Program-made: the position numbers and the translations under genes
Origin: Paracoccaceae bacterium
GTDB lineage: Bacteria; Pseudomonadota; Alphaproteobacteria; Rhodobacterales; Rhodobacteraceae
Direction: 5' to 3'
DNA length: 64,000 bases
NCBI GenBank assembly: GCA_018607905.1
Contig: JABBAP010000005.1
Coordinates: forward strand, 94,699-158,698
The notes under the pieces: model-generated
Told to the model about the DNA's origin: nothing
The model's input: only the letters and a program-made list of their open reading frames with translations
Database searches by the model: none
Part shown: positions 10,109-20,661 of the stretch, one piece after another
Layout: each line of letters opens with the position of its first letter
Numbering within the stretch: position 1 is the stretch's first letter

Positions 10109-10480
10109 ATGCCGATTTTGCCTGCCAGTGATCTGGCGGCAGCGGTTTCGTTTTACACGGGCAAGCTGGGTTTTGATCTGGCTGGTCAGTGGCAAAACGA
10201 TGATGGCACACCGAATTTTGCGATTGTTCAATTGGGCGATGTTACGCTGGGTCTGTCAGCATCAGAACGGGTTGGTTCTGGCGATGAATGGGCCGCGTAT
10301 GTTTACGTTGAAGATATTGATGCCTTTACCGACCAAATTTTGGGACGCGGTGTAAAGGTTTTGCGCGGGCCAGAAGATAGTTTTTATCACTGCCGTGAAA
10401 TGGAAATTGCCGATCCACATGGCAATCGTCTTTGCGTTGCACAGGATTTGAAACCAGGGGCCGATGGGCCAGGTTTATGA
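10109..10480 (+). CDS. VOC-family (glyoxalase/bleomycin-resistance-like) protein
   Basis: About 123 aa with a beta-alpha-beta-beta-beta style sequence 'MPILPASDLAAAVSFYTGKLGF'. The start could be GTG 10088. Confidence 0.65.
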   Translation: MPILPASDLAAAVSFYTGKLGFDLAGQWQNDDGTPNFAIVQLGDVTLGLSASERVGSGDEWAAYVYVEDIDAFTDQILGRGVKVLRGPEDSFYHCREMEIADPHGNRLCVAQDLKPGADGPGL

Positions 10481-13126
10481 GCTGAGTTTGTCTTTTAGTT
10501 GATAAATGAGCGCGAGCGCGTCTTTTGGGGACAGCTCATCAGGTAGAACGTCGATGAGCATGTCTTCGACTTCAGAGCTTTTAATTTTTTGAGGCGCTGG
10601 CTGCGGTGTTGCTGCGAAAAGTGGCAGGTCTTCGAACAGTGCCGCGGCCTTATTGCCGCCCTCACGATCCCCTTTTTCAAGTGCTTCGAGAACGACGCGC
10701 GCCCGTTCAACGACAGATGCTGGTAGGCCAGCGAGCTGAGCGACCTGAACGCCATATGATCTGTCGGCTGCGCCTTGTTTTACCTCGTGTAAAAAGATGA
10801 TTTCGCCTTCCCATTCGCGCACGGCGATGGTGGCGTTCAGCAGATGCTCGAGCTTTGAAGACAGCTGGGTAAGTTCATGATAATGCGTGGCAAATAGCGC
10901 GCGGCATTTGTTGGATTCGTGCAGATGTTCAAGCGTTGCCCACGCGATTGACAAGCCATCGTAGGTGGCGGTGCCGCGCCCAATTTCATCAAGGATAACA
11001 AGGGCGTTTTGATCGGCTTGATTTAGAATTGCAGCGGTTTCGACCATTTCAACCATAAATGTGGAACGGCCACGGGCCAGATCATCGGATGCGCCAACGC
11101 GAGAAAATAGTTGTGAAACGAGGCCGATGTGTGCGTCGGTCGCGGGAACAAAAGACCCCATCTGCGCAAGGATCGCGATGAGCGCGTTTTGGCGCAGGAA
11201 TGTGGATTTACCCGCCATGTTTGGACCGGTCAGCAACCAAAGACGTTTCGCATCGGTTTCATCGGACAGGTCGCAATCGTTGGCGATAAAACTGCCGCTG
11301 GCCTGTTTGCGCAGGGCGGCATCGACAACTGGATGACGTCCGCCCGTGATTTTAAAGCTGCGGTCATTGCTTACGCGAGGGCGAGTCCAGTTTTCAGTTT
11401 GTGAAAGTTCAGCGAGCGCGGATTGCAGATCGAGTTCGGCGAGGGCCTTGGCGGCCTGACCAATTTCCACGCCTTTGGACAGGATTTCGGCGCAAAGTTC
11501 CTTGAACACCTCTTGTTCGATTTCGAGCGCTCGGCCACCCGCGTTTAAGATTTTGGTCTCTAGTTCGGACAGTTCCAATGTTGTGAAACGTACGGCATTG
11601 GCAGTTGTTTGACGGTGGATGAACGTGTCTGAAAGTGGGGCTGCCAGCATTTTTTCTGCGTGTGTTGCAGGCGTTTCAATGAAGTATCCCAAGACGTTGT
11701 TATGTTTGATCTTTAGGGCGGATATTCCAGCGGTTTGTGCGTAGTCTTTTTGCATAGACAGAACGACTTTGCGTCCTTCATCGCGCAGGGTTCGAACCTC
11801 GTCTATATCGGCGCGATACCCTTGGGCGGTAAAGCCGCCGTCGCGTGCCAAAAGGGGCGGTTCTTGAACGAGACGGGCCGTCAGGAAATCCACGAGATCT
11901 TGGTGATTTTCTAGGCCTTTGATTGCTTCTGCCACGAGTGTTGAATGTTGCGAATTTCCAAAAATCGAAAGGATTGAATTGGCGGCAATCAAACCTTCGC
12001 GGATTGCCGCAAGGTCGCGGGGGCCAGAACGATCAAGCGAGATACGGGTGAGAGCGCGATCCATGTCTGGGGCGCTGCGCAGGATCGTTCGCAGCTCATT
12101 TTTGATCTGCTGATTTTTAGAAAAAAACGAAACTGCATTGAGGCGATTTTGAACGGTTTCTAAATGCCGTGAAGGATTGTTCAGCCGCGTTTCCAACAGG
12201 CGCGCACCGGGGCCAGTGATGGTTTTGTCGATCACAGACAGCAGTGCGCCCGCGCGATCACCGCTGATTGTGCGGGTCAATTCCAGATTGCGGCGGGTGG
12301 CGGCATCAATGCGCATGGAGGTGTCGGTTGCCTCTGCCACCGGTGGTTTGACGAGGGGGAGTTTGCCCTTTTGTGTGATGTGCAGGTAATCGACAATCGC
12401 GCCCATCGCAGCGAGTTCATGGCGTTCAAATGTACCAAATCCATCGAGCGATTTGACGGCGAACAGATCGGTTAATCGTTCTACGGCGGCGGTGCTGTCA
12501 AAGCTGGCGCGGGCTAGCTCGGTTACGGCTGCGCCCGTTTCTTCGATTGTTTCACGTAGCCACGTTTCGGGGGAATCACCGACAAGGACTTCGCGTGGAT
12601 TTAAGCGTGCGAGCAATGGGGACAGGCCAACGGTTGGGCAGGATTGAACGTGGAAATCACCAGTGGAGACATCGACCCACGCGACAGCAGATTTATCGCG
12701 GACCGTTGAAAATGCGCAAAGGTAGTTGTGTTGGCGCGCGTCAAGAAGGCTGTCTTCGGTTAATGTTCCCGGTGTGACCAGCCGAACGACGCCGCGATTT
12801 ACAACGGATTTGCCGCCGCGCTTTTTGGCTTCGGCTGGGCTTTCGAGTTGTTCGCAAACGCCGACGCGAAATCCTTTGCGGATTAGCGTTAAAAGATAGG
12901 ATTCAGAGGCGTGATGAGGGACGCCGCACATCGGGATGTCTTGGCCAAGGTGTTTGCCACGCTTTGTGAGCGCAATATCGAGCGCTTCGGCGGCCATGAT
13001 GGCATCGTCAAAAAACATCTCGTAGAAGTCGCCCATGCGATAAAACAGCAGGGCGTTCGGGTACTCTGCCTTAATCTCTAGGAACTGCGCCATCATTGGC
13101 GTTACTGCACCCGATTCCGTTGCCAA
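10475..13126 (-). CDS. mutS: DNA mismatch repair protein MutS
   Basis: 883 aa with N-terminal 'TPMMAQFLEIK...FYRMGDFYEMFFDDA' and Walker A 'GPNMAGKST'. Confidence 0.95.
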   Translation of the reverse strand: MATESGAVTPMMAQFLEIKAEYPNALLFYRMGDFYEMFFDDAIMAAEALDIALTKRGKHLGQDIPMCGVPHHASESYLLTLIRKGFRVGVCEQLESPAEAKKRGGKSVVNRGVVRLVTPGTLTEDSLLDARQHNYLCAFSTVRDKSAVAWVDVSTGDFHVQSCPTVGLSPLLARLNPREVLVGDSPETWLRETIEETGAAVTELARASFDSTAAVERLTDLFAVKSLDGFGTFERHELAAMGAIVDYLHITQKGKLPLVKPPVAEATDTSMRIDAATRRNLELTRTISGDRAGALLSVIDKTITGPGARLLETRLNNPSRHLETVQNRLNAVSFFSKNQQIKNELRTILRSAPDMDRALTRISLDRSGPRDLAAIREGLIAANSILSIFGNSQHSTLVAEAIKGLENHQDLVDFLTARLVQEPPLLARDGGFTAQGYRADIDEVRTLRDEGRKVVLSMQKDYAQTAGISALKIKHNNVLGYFIETPATHAEKMLAAPLSDTFIHRQTTANAVRFTTLELSELETKILNAGGRALEIEQEVFKELCAEILSKGVEIGQAAKALAELDLQSALAELSQTENWTRPRVSNDRSFKITGGRHPVVDAALRKQASGSFIANDCDLSDETDAKRLWLLTGPNMAGKSTFLRQNALIAILAQMGSFVPATDAHIGLVSQLFSRVGASDDLARGRSTFMVEMVETAAILNQADQNALVILDEIGRGTATYDGLSIAWATLEHLHESNKCRALFATHYHELTQLSSKLEHLLNATIAVREWEGEIIFLHEVKQGAADRSYGVQVAQLAGLPASVVERARVVLEALEKGDREGGNKAAALFEDLPLFAATPQPAPQKIKSSEVEDMLIDVLPDELSPKDALALIYQLKDKLSS

Positions 13127-13262
13127 GATACGTCTCCACTTTGCGTTTGGCGACGATATCGAAGGCGGTGCGCAAGGAAAAGAGCAATCGTTTGGCGGTG
13201 TTGTGCGATTGTTTGGAACACGCTAAGACTGTGCGCTGAAACAGGGATTATGGGCGCAAAAG

Positions 13263-15524
13263 ATGACCAAGAACAACAAGATTACCGATGCTGAGGCGCT
13301 TGCTTATCACCTTGAGCCGACACCTGGAAAGTTGGAGGTTGTGCCGACGACGCCGATGAACACGCAGCGTGATTTGTCACTGGCCTATTCACCCGGTGTT
13401 GCGGTGCCCGTAGCGGCAATCGCGGAGAACCCGGAGGTTGCGTATGATTACACATCCAAAGGCAATATGGTTGCGGTGATCACCAACGGCACGGCGATTT
13501 TGGGCATGGGTAATCTGGGGGCGCTGGCGTCTAAACCTGTGATGGAGGGGAAATCTGTTCTGTTCAAACGGTTTGCGGATGTGAACTCGATTGATATCGA
13601 GCTGGATACCGAAGACCCGGATGAGTTTATCAATGCGGTGAAGCTGATGGGGCCGTCGTTTGGCGGGATCAACCTTGAAGATATCAAAGCGCCTGAGTGT
13701 TTTATCATCGAACAACAGCTCAAAGAGCTGATGGATATCCCGGTGTTTCACGATGATCAGCACGGAACAGCGGTGATTTGTGCGGCGGGTTTGATCAATG
13801 CGTTGCATATTAGCGGGAAAAAGATCGAGGACGTGAAGATCGTTTTGAACGGTGCGGGCGCGGCCGGGATTGCCTGTGTTGAGTTGATCAAGGCGATGGG
13901 CGCGAAATCACAAAACTGCATCGCGTGTGACACAAAGGGTGTGATTTATCAGGGTCGTACAGAGGGTATGAACCAGTGGAAATCGGCCCATGCGGTGAAA
14001 ACTGATCTGCGCACGTTGGAAGACGCGATGAAGGATGCGGACGTGTTCTTGGGCGTTTCTGCCAAGGGTGCCGTGACCGAAGATATGGTGAAAAGCATGG
14101 CGCCAAACCCGGTGATTTTTGCGATGGCGAACCCTGATCCAGAAATTACACCCGAGGAAGCGCGTGCCGTTCGCCCCGATGCGATTGTGGCGACGGGGCG
14201 TTCAGATTATCCCAATCAAATCAACAACGTGCTGTGCTTTCCTTATCTGTTTCGCGGGGCGCTAGATATTCACGCGCGGGCCATCAACGACGAGATGAAA
14301 ATCGCCTGTGCAAAAGCCCTATCTGATTTGGCGCGGCAAGAAGTGCCTGACGAAGTTGCGATTGCCTATGGTGAAAAACTGGTGTTCGGGCCTGATTATA
14401 TCATCCCAACACCGTTCGATCCGCGATTGATTCACGTGATTCCGCCTGCTGTTGCAAAGGCTGGGATGGATACTGGCGCTGCGCGTCGCCCGATTGTGGA
14501 TATCGAGGCGTATGAGCTGGCGTTGAAATCGCGTCTTGATCCTGCGGCGTCTGTTTTGCAATCGTTGTATGTGCGCGCACGCAATGCGCAGGCGCGGATG
14601 ATTTTTGCTGAGGGCGATGATGAGCGGGTGCTGCGGGCTGCCGTGGCGTATCAACGCAACGGATTAGGCCAAGCCGTTGTCGTTGGCCGTGTGGATGAGA
14701 TTAAGCGCAAGTTAGAAGAAGCGGGAATGGGCGATGCGTTTGATGATCTGGAGATCACAAATGCCAGCCTGGCCGATGAGCTGGAAACGTATAAAGACTT
14801 TCTTTACAAACGCTTACAGCGTAAAGGGTACAACGAAAAAGACGTTCATCGCCTTGCATCGCGGGATCGCCATGTGTTTGCGGCACTGATGTTAATCCAT
14901 GGTCACGGTGACGCGATGGTCACTGGCGCGACGCGCAAATCGGCGCAAGTGATGGAATTGCTGAACTATGTGATCGACGCAACGCCAGCGGATGGTGCGG
15001 TTGGTGTTACGGCCGTATTATTGCGTGGGCAGATCGTTTTTGTCGCCGATACGCTGGCGCATGAATGGCCAGAGGCCGAAGATTTGGCGGATATCGCAGA
15101 GCGGGCGGCGAGCGTTGCGCGTAACATGGGGCTGGAGCCGCGTGTCGCATTCGCAAGTTTCTCGAACTTTGGTTACCCGGTTTCAGAGCGGGCATCAAAA
15201 ATGGAAGACGCGGTCGAGGTTTTGGATGAACGCGGCGTTGATTTTGAATACGACGGTGAGATGACGGCTGATGTTGCGTTGAATGCTGAATTGATGAAGC
15301 AGTATCCGTTCTGTCGCCTGTCTGGCCCTGCGAATGTTTTGGTTGTACCCGCGCGTCACTCTGCATCTATTTCGGTGAAAATGTTGCAGCAAATGGGTGG
15401 CGCAACGGTGATCGGGCCAATCTTGGCTGGCGTTGAGGCACCCGTGAAGATGTGTTCGGTGACGTCTACGGTGAATGATATTCTAAACATGGCTGTTATG
15501 GCCGCCTGTAACGTAGGCAGCTAA
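13263..15524 (+). CDS. maeB: NADP-dependent malic enzyme (malic enzyme + PTA-like domain)
   Basis: 753-aa two-domain protein. The malic enzyme N-terminal half contains 'VITNGTAILGMGNLG'. Confidence 0.9.
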   Translation: MTKNNKITDAEALAYHLEPTPGKLEVVPTTPMNTQRDLSLAYSPGVAVPVAAIAENPEVAYDYTSKGNMVAVITNGTAILGMGNLGALASKPVMEGKSVLFKRFADVNSIDIELDTEDPDEFINAVKLMGPSFGGINLEDIKAPECFIIEQQLKELMDIPVFHDDQHGTAVICAAGLINALHISGKKIEDVKIVLNGAGAAGIACVELIKAMGAKSQNCIACDTKGVIYQGRTEGMNQWKSAHAVKTDLRTLEDAMKDADVFLGVSAKGAVTEDMVKSMAPNPVIFAMANPDPEITPEEARAVRPDAIVATGRSDYPNQINNVLCFPYLFRGALDIHARAINDEMKIACAKALSDLARQEVPDEVAIAYGEKLVFGPDYIIPTPFDPRLIHVIPPAVAKAGMDTGAARRPIVDIEAYELALKSRLDPAASVLQSLYVRARNAQARMIFAEGDDERVLRAAVAYQRNGLGQAVVVGRVDEIKRKLEEAGMGDAFDDLEITNASLADELETYKDFLYKRLQRKGYNEKDVHRLASRDRHVFAALMLIHGHGDAMVTGATRKSAQVMELLNYVIDATPADGAVGVTAVLLRGQIVFVADTLAHEWPEAEDLADIAERAASVARNMGLEPRVAFASFSNFGYPVSERASKMEDAVEVLDERGVDFEYDGEMTADVALNAELMKQYPFCRLSGPANVLVVPARHSASISVKMLQQMGGATVIGPILAGVEAPVKMCSVTSTVNDILNMAVMAACNVGS

Positions 15525-15528
15525 ACGA

Positions 15529-15559
15529 AAAACGCCCCAGTGATAAGTTGGGGCGTTTT
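15529..15559. terminator. bidirectional intrinsic terminator between convergent maeB and dnaJ
   Basis: Perfect 11-bp arms AAAACGCCCCA / TGGGGCGTTTT with a 9-nt loop. A- and T-tracts flank it on both sides. Confidence 0.7.
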
Positions 15560-15581
15560 CTAAATTGTTTGGTGAAAGGGT

Positions 15582-16721
15582 CTAACTCTTCATTCCATCC
15601 CAGAAGGTTTTGACCTTGCCGAAAAAGTTGCTGCTTTCGGGGCTGTTGTTTTCGCCTAATTTTTCAAACTCTTTCAGCAATTCTTTTTGCTGAGAGCTGA
15701 GGTTCACTGGGGTTTCAACGGCCAATTCCAAGAACAAATCACCTGATGTGTTTGAACGAAGCGCTGGCATGCCCTTTGCTTTTAAACGCATCTGTTTTGC
15801 GGTTTGTGATCCTGCAGGAACTTTGACGCGGGATTTGCCACCGTCAATTGTCGGCACTTCGATTTCGCCACCAAGCGCGGCTGTGGTCATGCTAACGGGC
15901 ACGCGGCAGAACAGGTTTGGTCCTTCGCGCTCGAATATTTCATGATCCTCTACTTCGATAAAGATATAGAGATCACCCGTTGGCCCGCCGCGCATTCCTG
16001 CTTCGCCTTCGCCAGTCAAACGAATGCGTGTTCCAGTTTCGACACCCGCAGGGATGTTGACGCCGAGCGAGCGTTCGCGTTGTTGATGACCAGATCCAGA
16101 GCATGCATTGCAAGGGTTTGTGATGATTTGACCACGGCCCGAACAGGTTGGGCAGGTGCGTTCAACGGTAAAGAAGCCTTGTTGTGCGCGCACTTTGCCC
16201 ATGCCCGAACAGGTTGGACAGTTTGATGGTTCTGCGCCGCCTTCTGCACCAGATCCTTCGCAGGTGTCGCAAGCTACCGAGCTGTTTACGGATACATTTT
16301 GCTGTTTTCCAGTAAAGGCTTCTTCTAGGGTGATCGTCAGATTGTAGCGCAGATCAGATCCGCGTGTTGCGCGTTGACCGCCACCGTCACGTCGCCCACC
16401 GCCCATGAAATCGCCGAATAAATCGTCGAAAACATCGGAAAATGCTGATCCGCCGGGGCTGAAACCGCCGCCTTGTCCGCCGCCGCCCATGCCACCTTCG
16501 AATGCGGCGTGGCCGTACCGGTCGTAGGCCGCTTTCTTGTCGCCGTCTTTTAGGACTTCGTAAGCTTCGTTAACGTCTTTGAATTTTGCTTCTGCGCTTG
16601 GGTCGTCTTTGTTGCGGTCCGGATGAAGTTCCATCGCCTTTTTGCGATAGGCTTTCTTCAATTCTTGTTCAGACGCACCTTTTGAAACACCCAGCAGGTC
16701 GTAATAATCAGCTTTTGCCAT
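15582..16721 (-). CDS. dnaJ: molecular chaperone DnaJ
   Basis: J-domain HPD ('MELHPDRN'), a G-rich linker and four CxxCxGxG repeats. Confidence 0.95.
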   Translation of the reverse strand: MAKADYYDLLGVSKGASEQELKKAYRKKAMELHPDRNKDDPSAEAKFKDVNEAYEVLKDGDKKAAYDRYGHAAFEGGMGGGGQGGGFSPGGSAFSDVFDDLFGDFMGGGRRDGGGQRATRGSDLRYNLTITLEEAFTGKQQNVSVNSSVACDTCEGSGAEGGAEPSNCPTCSGMGKVRAQQGFFTVERTCPTCSGRGQIITNPCNACSGSGHQQRERSLGVNIPAGVETGTRIRLTGEGEAGMRGGPTGDLYIFIEVEDHEIFEREGPNLFCRVPVSMTTAALGGEIEVPTIDGGKSRVKVPAGSQTAKQMRLKAKGMPALRSNTSGDLFLELAVETPVNLSSQQKELLKEFEKLGENNSPESSNFFGKVKTFWDGMKS

Positions 16722-16790
16722 TATCGCCTCCGCGTAGCACGGGGCCGAGAGCTTTCGCCCTCAGCCGCATGTTTGGTTGTGGATGTTGGA

Positions 16791-18713
16791 TTAACGGTCG
16801 CCTTTACCGAGATCTTCGAAATCAGCATCAACGATGTCTTCGTCAACTGGCTTTGGCCCGTCTTCGTCGTATGAGCTGCCTTCTGGACCAGGACCAGCTT
16901 CTTCTGCTGCTGCCTGATAGATGGCTTCGCCAAGTTTCATCGCGGATTCTGTTAGATCCTGTGAACGTGCCTGGATAGAAGACGCATTGTCGGTTTCCAA
17001 CGTCTCTTTCAACGCTTTGATCGACAGTTCGATCACTTCGACAGTGGAGGCATCCACTTTGTCGCCGTGCTCTTCCACAGATTTTTCCGTCGCGTGGATC
17101 AGGCTTTCCGCTTGGTTCTTGGCTTCCACCAATTCCTTGCGCTCCTTATCCGCTTCGGCATTTTCTTCTGCGTCACGAACCATTTGTTCGATGTCATCGT
17201 CAGACAATCCACCAGAAGCTTGGATCGTGATCCGGTGCTCTTTGTTGGTGCCTTTGTCTTTGGCTGACACGGACACGATGCCGTTGGCGTCGATGTCGAA
17301 GGTCACTTCGATTTGTGGCAAACCGCGTGGTGCTGGTGGAATGTCTTCGAGGTTGAACTGACCGAGGATTTTATTATCCGCCGCCATTTCACGTTCACCT
17401 TGGAAACACCGAATAGTCACCGCGTTTTGATTGTCTTCGGCAGTTGAGAAGATTTGCGATTTCTTGGTTGGGATCGTGGTGTTGCGGTCGATCAAACGTG
17501 TGAACACGCCGCCGAGGGTTTCGATACCCAAGGACAAAGGTGTCACGTCCAAAAGAACAACGTCTTTCACGTCGCCTTGCAAAACACCTGCTTGGATCGC
17601 AGCGCCAAGAGCCACAACTTCGTCAGGGTTCACGCCTTTGTGCGGCTCTTTGCCGAAGAATTTTGTTACTTCTTCGATAACTTTTGGCATGCGGGACATA
17701 CCGCCAACCAAAACGATCTCGTCGATGTCACCTTTGGAAAGACCAGCATCTTTCAATGCGTCGCCACAAGGTTTCATGGTGCGTTTGATCAGATCAGCAA
17801 CAAGGCTTTCGAGTTTTGCACGGGTCAATTTCATAACCATGTGCAAAGGCGTGCCCGATTTTGGATCCATCGAGATGAACGGCTGGTTGATTTCTGTTTG
17901 TGCAGAAGAGGACAGCTCGATCTTGGCTTTTTCAGCAGCTTCTTTCAGACGCTGTAGGGCCATTTTGTCTTTGGACAGATCAACGCCGTTTTCTTTTTTG
18001 AATTCAGCAGCAAGATATTCCACGATGCGCATGTCAAAGTCTTCGCCGCCAAGAGCAGTGTCGCCGTTGGTGGATTTTACTTCGAACAAGCCTTCGTCGA
18101 TTTCCAGAACGGAAACATCGAATGTGCCACCGCCAAGGTCATAAACAGCGATTGTTTTGCCGCCTTCTTTATCAAGACCGTAAGCCAATGCCGCAGCAGT
18201 TGGCTCGTTGATAATGCGCAGCACGTCGAGGCCAGCGATTTTACCAGCATCTTTGGTTGCTTGGCGCTGTGCGTCGTTAAAGTATGCAGGAACAGTGATA
18301 ACCGCTTCTGTTACTGCTTCACCGAGATAGCTCTCGGCGGTTTCTTTCATTTTGCCCAAGATGAACGCGGATACTTGTGATGGGGAGTATTTCTCACCCT
18401 TCACTTCGACCCATGCGTCGCCATTGCCGCCGTCGACAATGTTATACGGCAAGTGTTTTGAATCTTTCTTGATTTGCGGATCGTTTACGGAACGACCGAT
18501 CAAGCGTTTGATTGCGAAAAGCGTGTTTTCAGGGTTTGTGACTGCCTGCCGTTTGGCGGCTTGTCCAACCAGACGTTCGTCGTCTGTGAAACCTACGATA
18601 GAAGGTGTGGTGCGTGCGCCCTCGGCGTTTTCGACCACTTTTGGTTTCGAACCATCCATGATTGCAACGCAGGAGTTTGTTGTACCTAGATCAATACCAA
18701 TAACTTTAGCCAT
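16791..18713 (-). CDS. dnaK: molecular chaperone DnaK
   Basis: '[17 protein letters not shown]' start. The ORF-track start at 18773 is an upstream extension. Confidence 0.95.
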   Translation of the reverse strand: MAKVIGIDLGTTNSCVAIMDGSKPKVVENAEGARTTPSIVGFTDDERLVGQAAKRQAVTNPENTLFAIKRLIGRSVNDPQIKKDSKHLPYNIVDGGNGDAWVEVKGEKYSPSQVSAFILGKMKETAESYLGEAVTEAVITVPAYFNDAQRQATKDAGKIAGLDVLRIINEPTAAALAYGLDKEGGKTIAVYDLGGGTFDVSVLEIDEGLFEVKSTNGDTALGGEDFDMRIVEYLAAEFKKENGVDLSKDKMALQRLKEAAEKAKIELSSSAQTEINQPFISMDPKSGTPLHMVMKLTRAKLESLVADLIKRTMKPCGDALKDAGLSKGDIDEIVLVGGMSRMPKVIEEVTKFFGKEPHKGVNPDEVVALGAAIQAGVLQGDVKDVVLLDVTPLSLGIETLGGVFTRLIDRNTTIPTKKSQIFSTAEDNQNAVTIRCFQGEREMAADNKILGQFNLEDIPPAPRGLPQIEVTFDIDANGIVSVSAKDKGTNKEHRITIQASGGLSDDDIEQMVRDAEENAEADKERKELVEAKNQAESLIHATEKSVEEHGDKVDASTVEVIELSIKALKETLETDNASSIQARSQDLTESAMKLGEAIYQAAAEEAGPGPEGSSYDEDGPKPVDEDIVDADFEDLGKGDR

Positions 18714-18818
18714 TAGACTTCCTCTCTTGTGGCGATGTGAAACTTTGGCCCGCATTCGGCGCCCTTGTTTCATCCCAATTGTCTGCCCCCGAAATCAGAG
18801 GCGTTTTAGCATTGACGG

Positions 18819-18848
18819 TATATAGGTTGCCGATTGCATATCTGCAAG
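18819..18848 (-). promoter_or_regulatory. candidate sigma-32 (RpoH) heat-shock promoter of dnaKJ
   Basis: On the minus strand, CTTGCA-N16-CCTATATA lies about 105 nt upstream of the dnaK ATG. This matches the alphaproteobacterial RpoH consensus CTTG-N17-CCTATNT. Confidence 0.5.
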
Positions 18849-18913
18849 TATTCCTATGCGGATTCTTGTCACATTTCGTTTGATTTCTTGGCGTTAAGGG
18901 CATGTACCGCTAG

Positions 18914-19534
18914 ATGTTGTGGATGGCACGAGCAAAACCCCTGAATCTGCGTGGATTCTTGATCTATAAATCGTTGATTTCTGCTGATGAACAGGCAGAA
19001 ATTGTTGAGAATATCCGTGCGGGTCTATCCCAAGCACCGATGTTTTCGCCGCGCACCGCTTGGGGCAAGCCGATGTCTGTTCAGATGACATCTGCGGGGC
19101 GGTTTGGGTGGTATTCTGACAGCGATGGATATCGTTACGAGCCCAAGCATCCGAATGGGAATGACTGGCCCGCAATTCCAGCATCGATTTTGCGGATTTG
19201 GGATGAGGTTTCAGATGTTTCGCGCCAGCCAGATTGTTGTTTGGTGAACCACTACCGCGAAAAGGCGCGGATGGGATTGCACCAAGACAATGACGAGCAG
19301 GATTTCGATTTTCCCGTGGTTTCAATCTCGCTTGGTGATGACGCGTTGTTTCGGATTGGTGGCACGGATCGAAAGGACAAAACCGAAAGCATTTGGCTGT
19401 CATCCGGTGATGTGTGTGTCATGGGTGGTGGCGCACGATTGGCGTATCACGGCATTGATCGCATTCGGTTTGGCACGTCTACGTTGCTAAAGAACGCGGG
19501 GCGCATAAACCTGACACTTCGCGTGGTCGATTAA
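18914..19534 (+). CDS. alkB: Fe(II)/2-oxoglutarate-dependent DNA repair dioxygenase AlkB
   Basis: 206 aa with HxD...H triad ('GLHQDND', 'AYHGIDRI'). Confidence 0.85.
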   Translation: MLWMARAKPLNLRGFLIYKSLISADEQAEIVENIRAGLSQAPMFSPRTAWGKPMSVQMTSAGRFGWYSDSDGYRYEPKHPNGNDWPAIPASILRIWDEVSDVSRQPDCCLVNHYREKARMGLHQDNDEQDFDFPVVSISLGDDALFRIGGTDRKDKTESIWLSSGDVCVMGGGARLAYHGIDRIRFGTSTLLKNAGRINLTLRVVD

Positions 19535-19737
19535 TTGCGCTTGCCCCAGCTTTCGGAAACGGTGTTGCGGGCATAATGTTCAAGCATGAGGCCGATACAA
19601 ATCAACACCAGTGAGAGATGAACCGCGTAAGACAACGTCGTGTGGTGTGGCGTGTAATTCACGAAAGCCGCGTTCGAGACAATCAGGATATGTGAAAATA
19701 GGATACGTGAAAACGACGAATTGTTAACTATGCTCAT
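19531..19737 (-). CDS. hypothetical small membrane protein (weak call)
   Basis: 68-aa ORF with two hydrophobic stretches filling an otherwise empty gap. No clear RBS. Confidence 0.25.
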   Translation of the reverse strand: MSIVNNSSFSRILFSHILIVSNAAFVNYTPHHTTLSYAVHLSLVLICIGLMLEHYARNTVSESWGKRN

Positions 19738-19859
19738 GCCGTCTGCCTAGTGAGTGCGTGATTTATTCACTGCTTGCTGTTTTTTGTTGATCGGACCATA
19801 AAGCCACTAACAAATTTCGCAAGAAATCGCTGCTGTGGCAGCACAATAGGGGCAGAATT

Positions 19860-20657
19860 ATGAACAAATCGGAAATTTCTACGGTCATCCGTACTTTGGC
19901 GATTCAAGCCGGTGAAAAGATCATGGAAATCTATGACGGCGATGATTTTGAAGTGAAATCAAAGTCCGACGAGAGCCCAGTGACGATTGCGGATGAAACG
20001 GCGGATGCTCTTATTTCTGCTGGTTTGCGTGCGGCCTTTCCTGATGTGGCGCTTGTGACCGAAGAGCAATCCGATACGCACACTGAAACTGCGAATACAT
20101 TTTTCATCGTTGATCCGCTGGATGGCACCAAAGAATTTATCCATCGCCGTGGTGATTTCACGGTGAATATTGCGCTGGTCGAAGACGGAATGCCGACGCT
20201 CGGTGTGGTTTACGCGCCTGCGAAAAAGCGGTTGTTCATTACCGATGCGGAGGGTGTTTCGCACGAGGAAATGGGTGATCACAAAGTGGATGTTGTGGGC
20301 GAGATGAAACGCATTTCTGTTTCCACTCCAGACGAGGATGCGCTGATTGTCGTGGCGTCGAAATCACATCTGACGGATGAAACGAAAGACTACATCAACA
20401 AATACAATGTCAAAGACTGCCGCAGTGCCGGGTCTTCGCTGAAGTTTTGTTTGGTGGCGACAGGCGAGGCGGATATTTACCCGCGTGTTGGGCGTACGAT
20501 GGAGTGGGACACTGCCGCTGGACAGGCCGTTTTGCAGGGCGCTGGTGGGCGTGTTGTTCGGTTTGATAATCACGAGCCGTTAAGCTACGGCAAGCCAATC
20601 TTTGAAAATCCTTACTTCATCGCTTATGCTCCTGGGATGACGCTTCAAAAGGCCTAA
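19860..20657 (+). CDS. cysQ: 3'(2'),5'-bisphosphate nucleotidase CysQ (PAP phosphatase)
   Basis: 'SPVTIADETAD', 'VDPLDGTKEF' and 'GSSLKFCLVATGEADIYPRVGRTMEWDTAAG' motifs. Confidence 0.85.
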   Translation: MNKSEISTVIRTLAIQAGEKIMEIYDGDDFEVKSKSDESPVTIADETADALISAGLRAAFPDVALVTEEQSDTHTETANTFFIVDPLDGTKEFIHRRGDFTVNIALVEDGMPTLGVVYAPAKKRLFITDAEGVSHEEMGDHKVDVVGEMKRISVSTPDEDALIVVASKSHLTDETKDYINKYNVKDCRSAGSSLKFCLVATGEADIYPRVGRTMEWDTAAGQAVLQGAGGRVVRFDNHEPLSYGKPIFENPYFIAYAPGMTLQKA

Positions 20658-20661
20658 TCTA

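Noticed and set aside
12548-12557. parS half-sites (TGTTTCACGT) at 12548-12557 and 24296-24305, and CGTGAAACA-type halves near 10087 and 36090.
   Set aside because: Only one arm of the palindrome matches (10 of 16 or fewer), and they are not near parAB. They are most likely chance matches.
16722-16790. Imperfect hairpin (GGCCGAGAGC-tttc-GCCCTCAGCC) in the dnaK-dnaJ spacer.
   Set aside because: This is a common feature that modulates the dnaK:dnaJ ratio. It has two mismatches and no T-tract, and it is not novel.
17431-18144. 237-aa ORF antisense to dnaK.
   Set aside because: This is a well-known type of shadow frame opposite dnaK. It is Ser/Pro-rich with no motifs, and DnaK on the minus strand explains the region.
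18714-18773. N-terminal extensions in the ORF track: dnaK to 18773, mgsA to 52894, paaK to 39931, paaG to 40730, amt to 54691, dmmD from 54792, dmmA from 55909, dmmB from 56595, paaD from 36317.
   Set aside because: Family-typical N-termini ([16 protein letters not shown], and others) preceded by Shine-Dalgarno sequences occur at internal start codons. The longer versions would overlap upstream genes or promoters.
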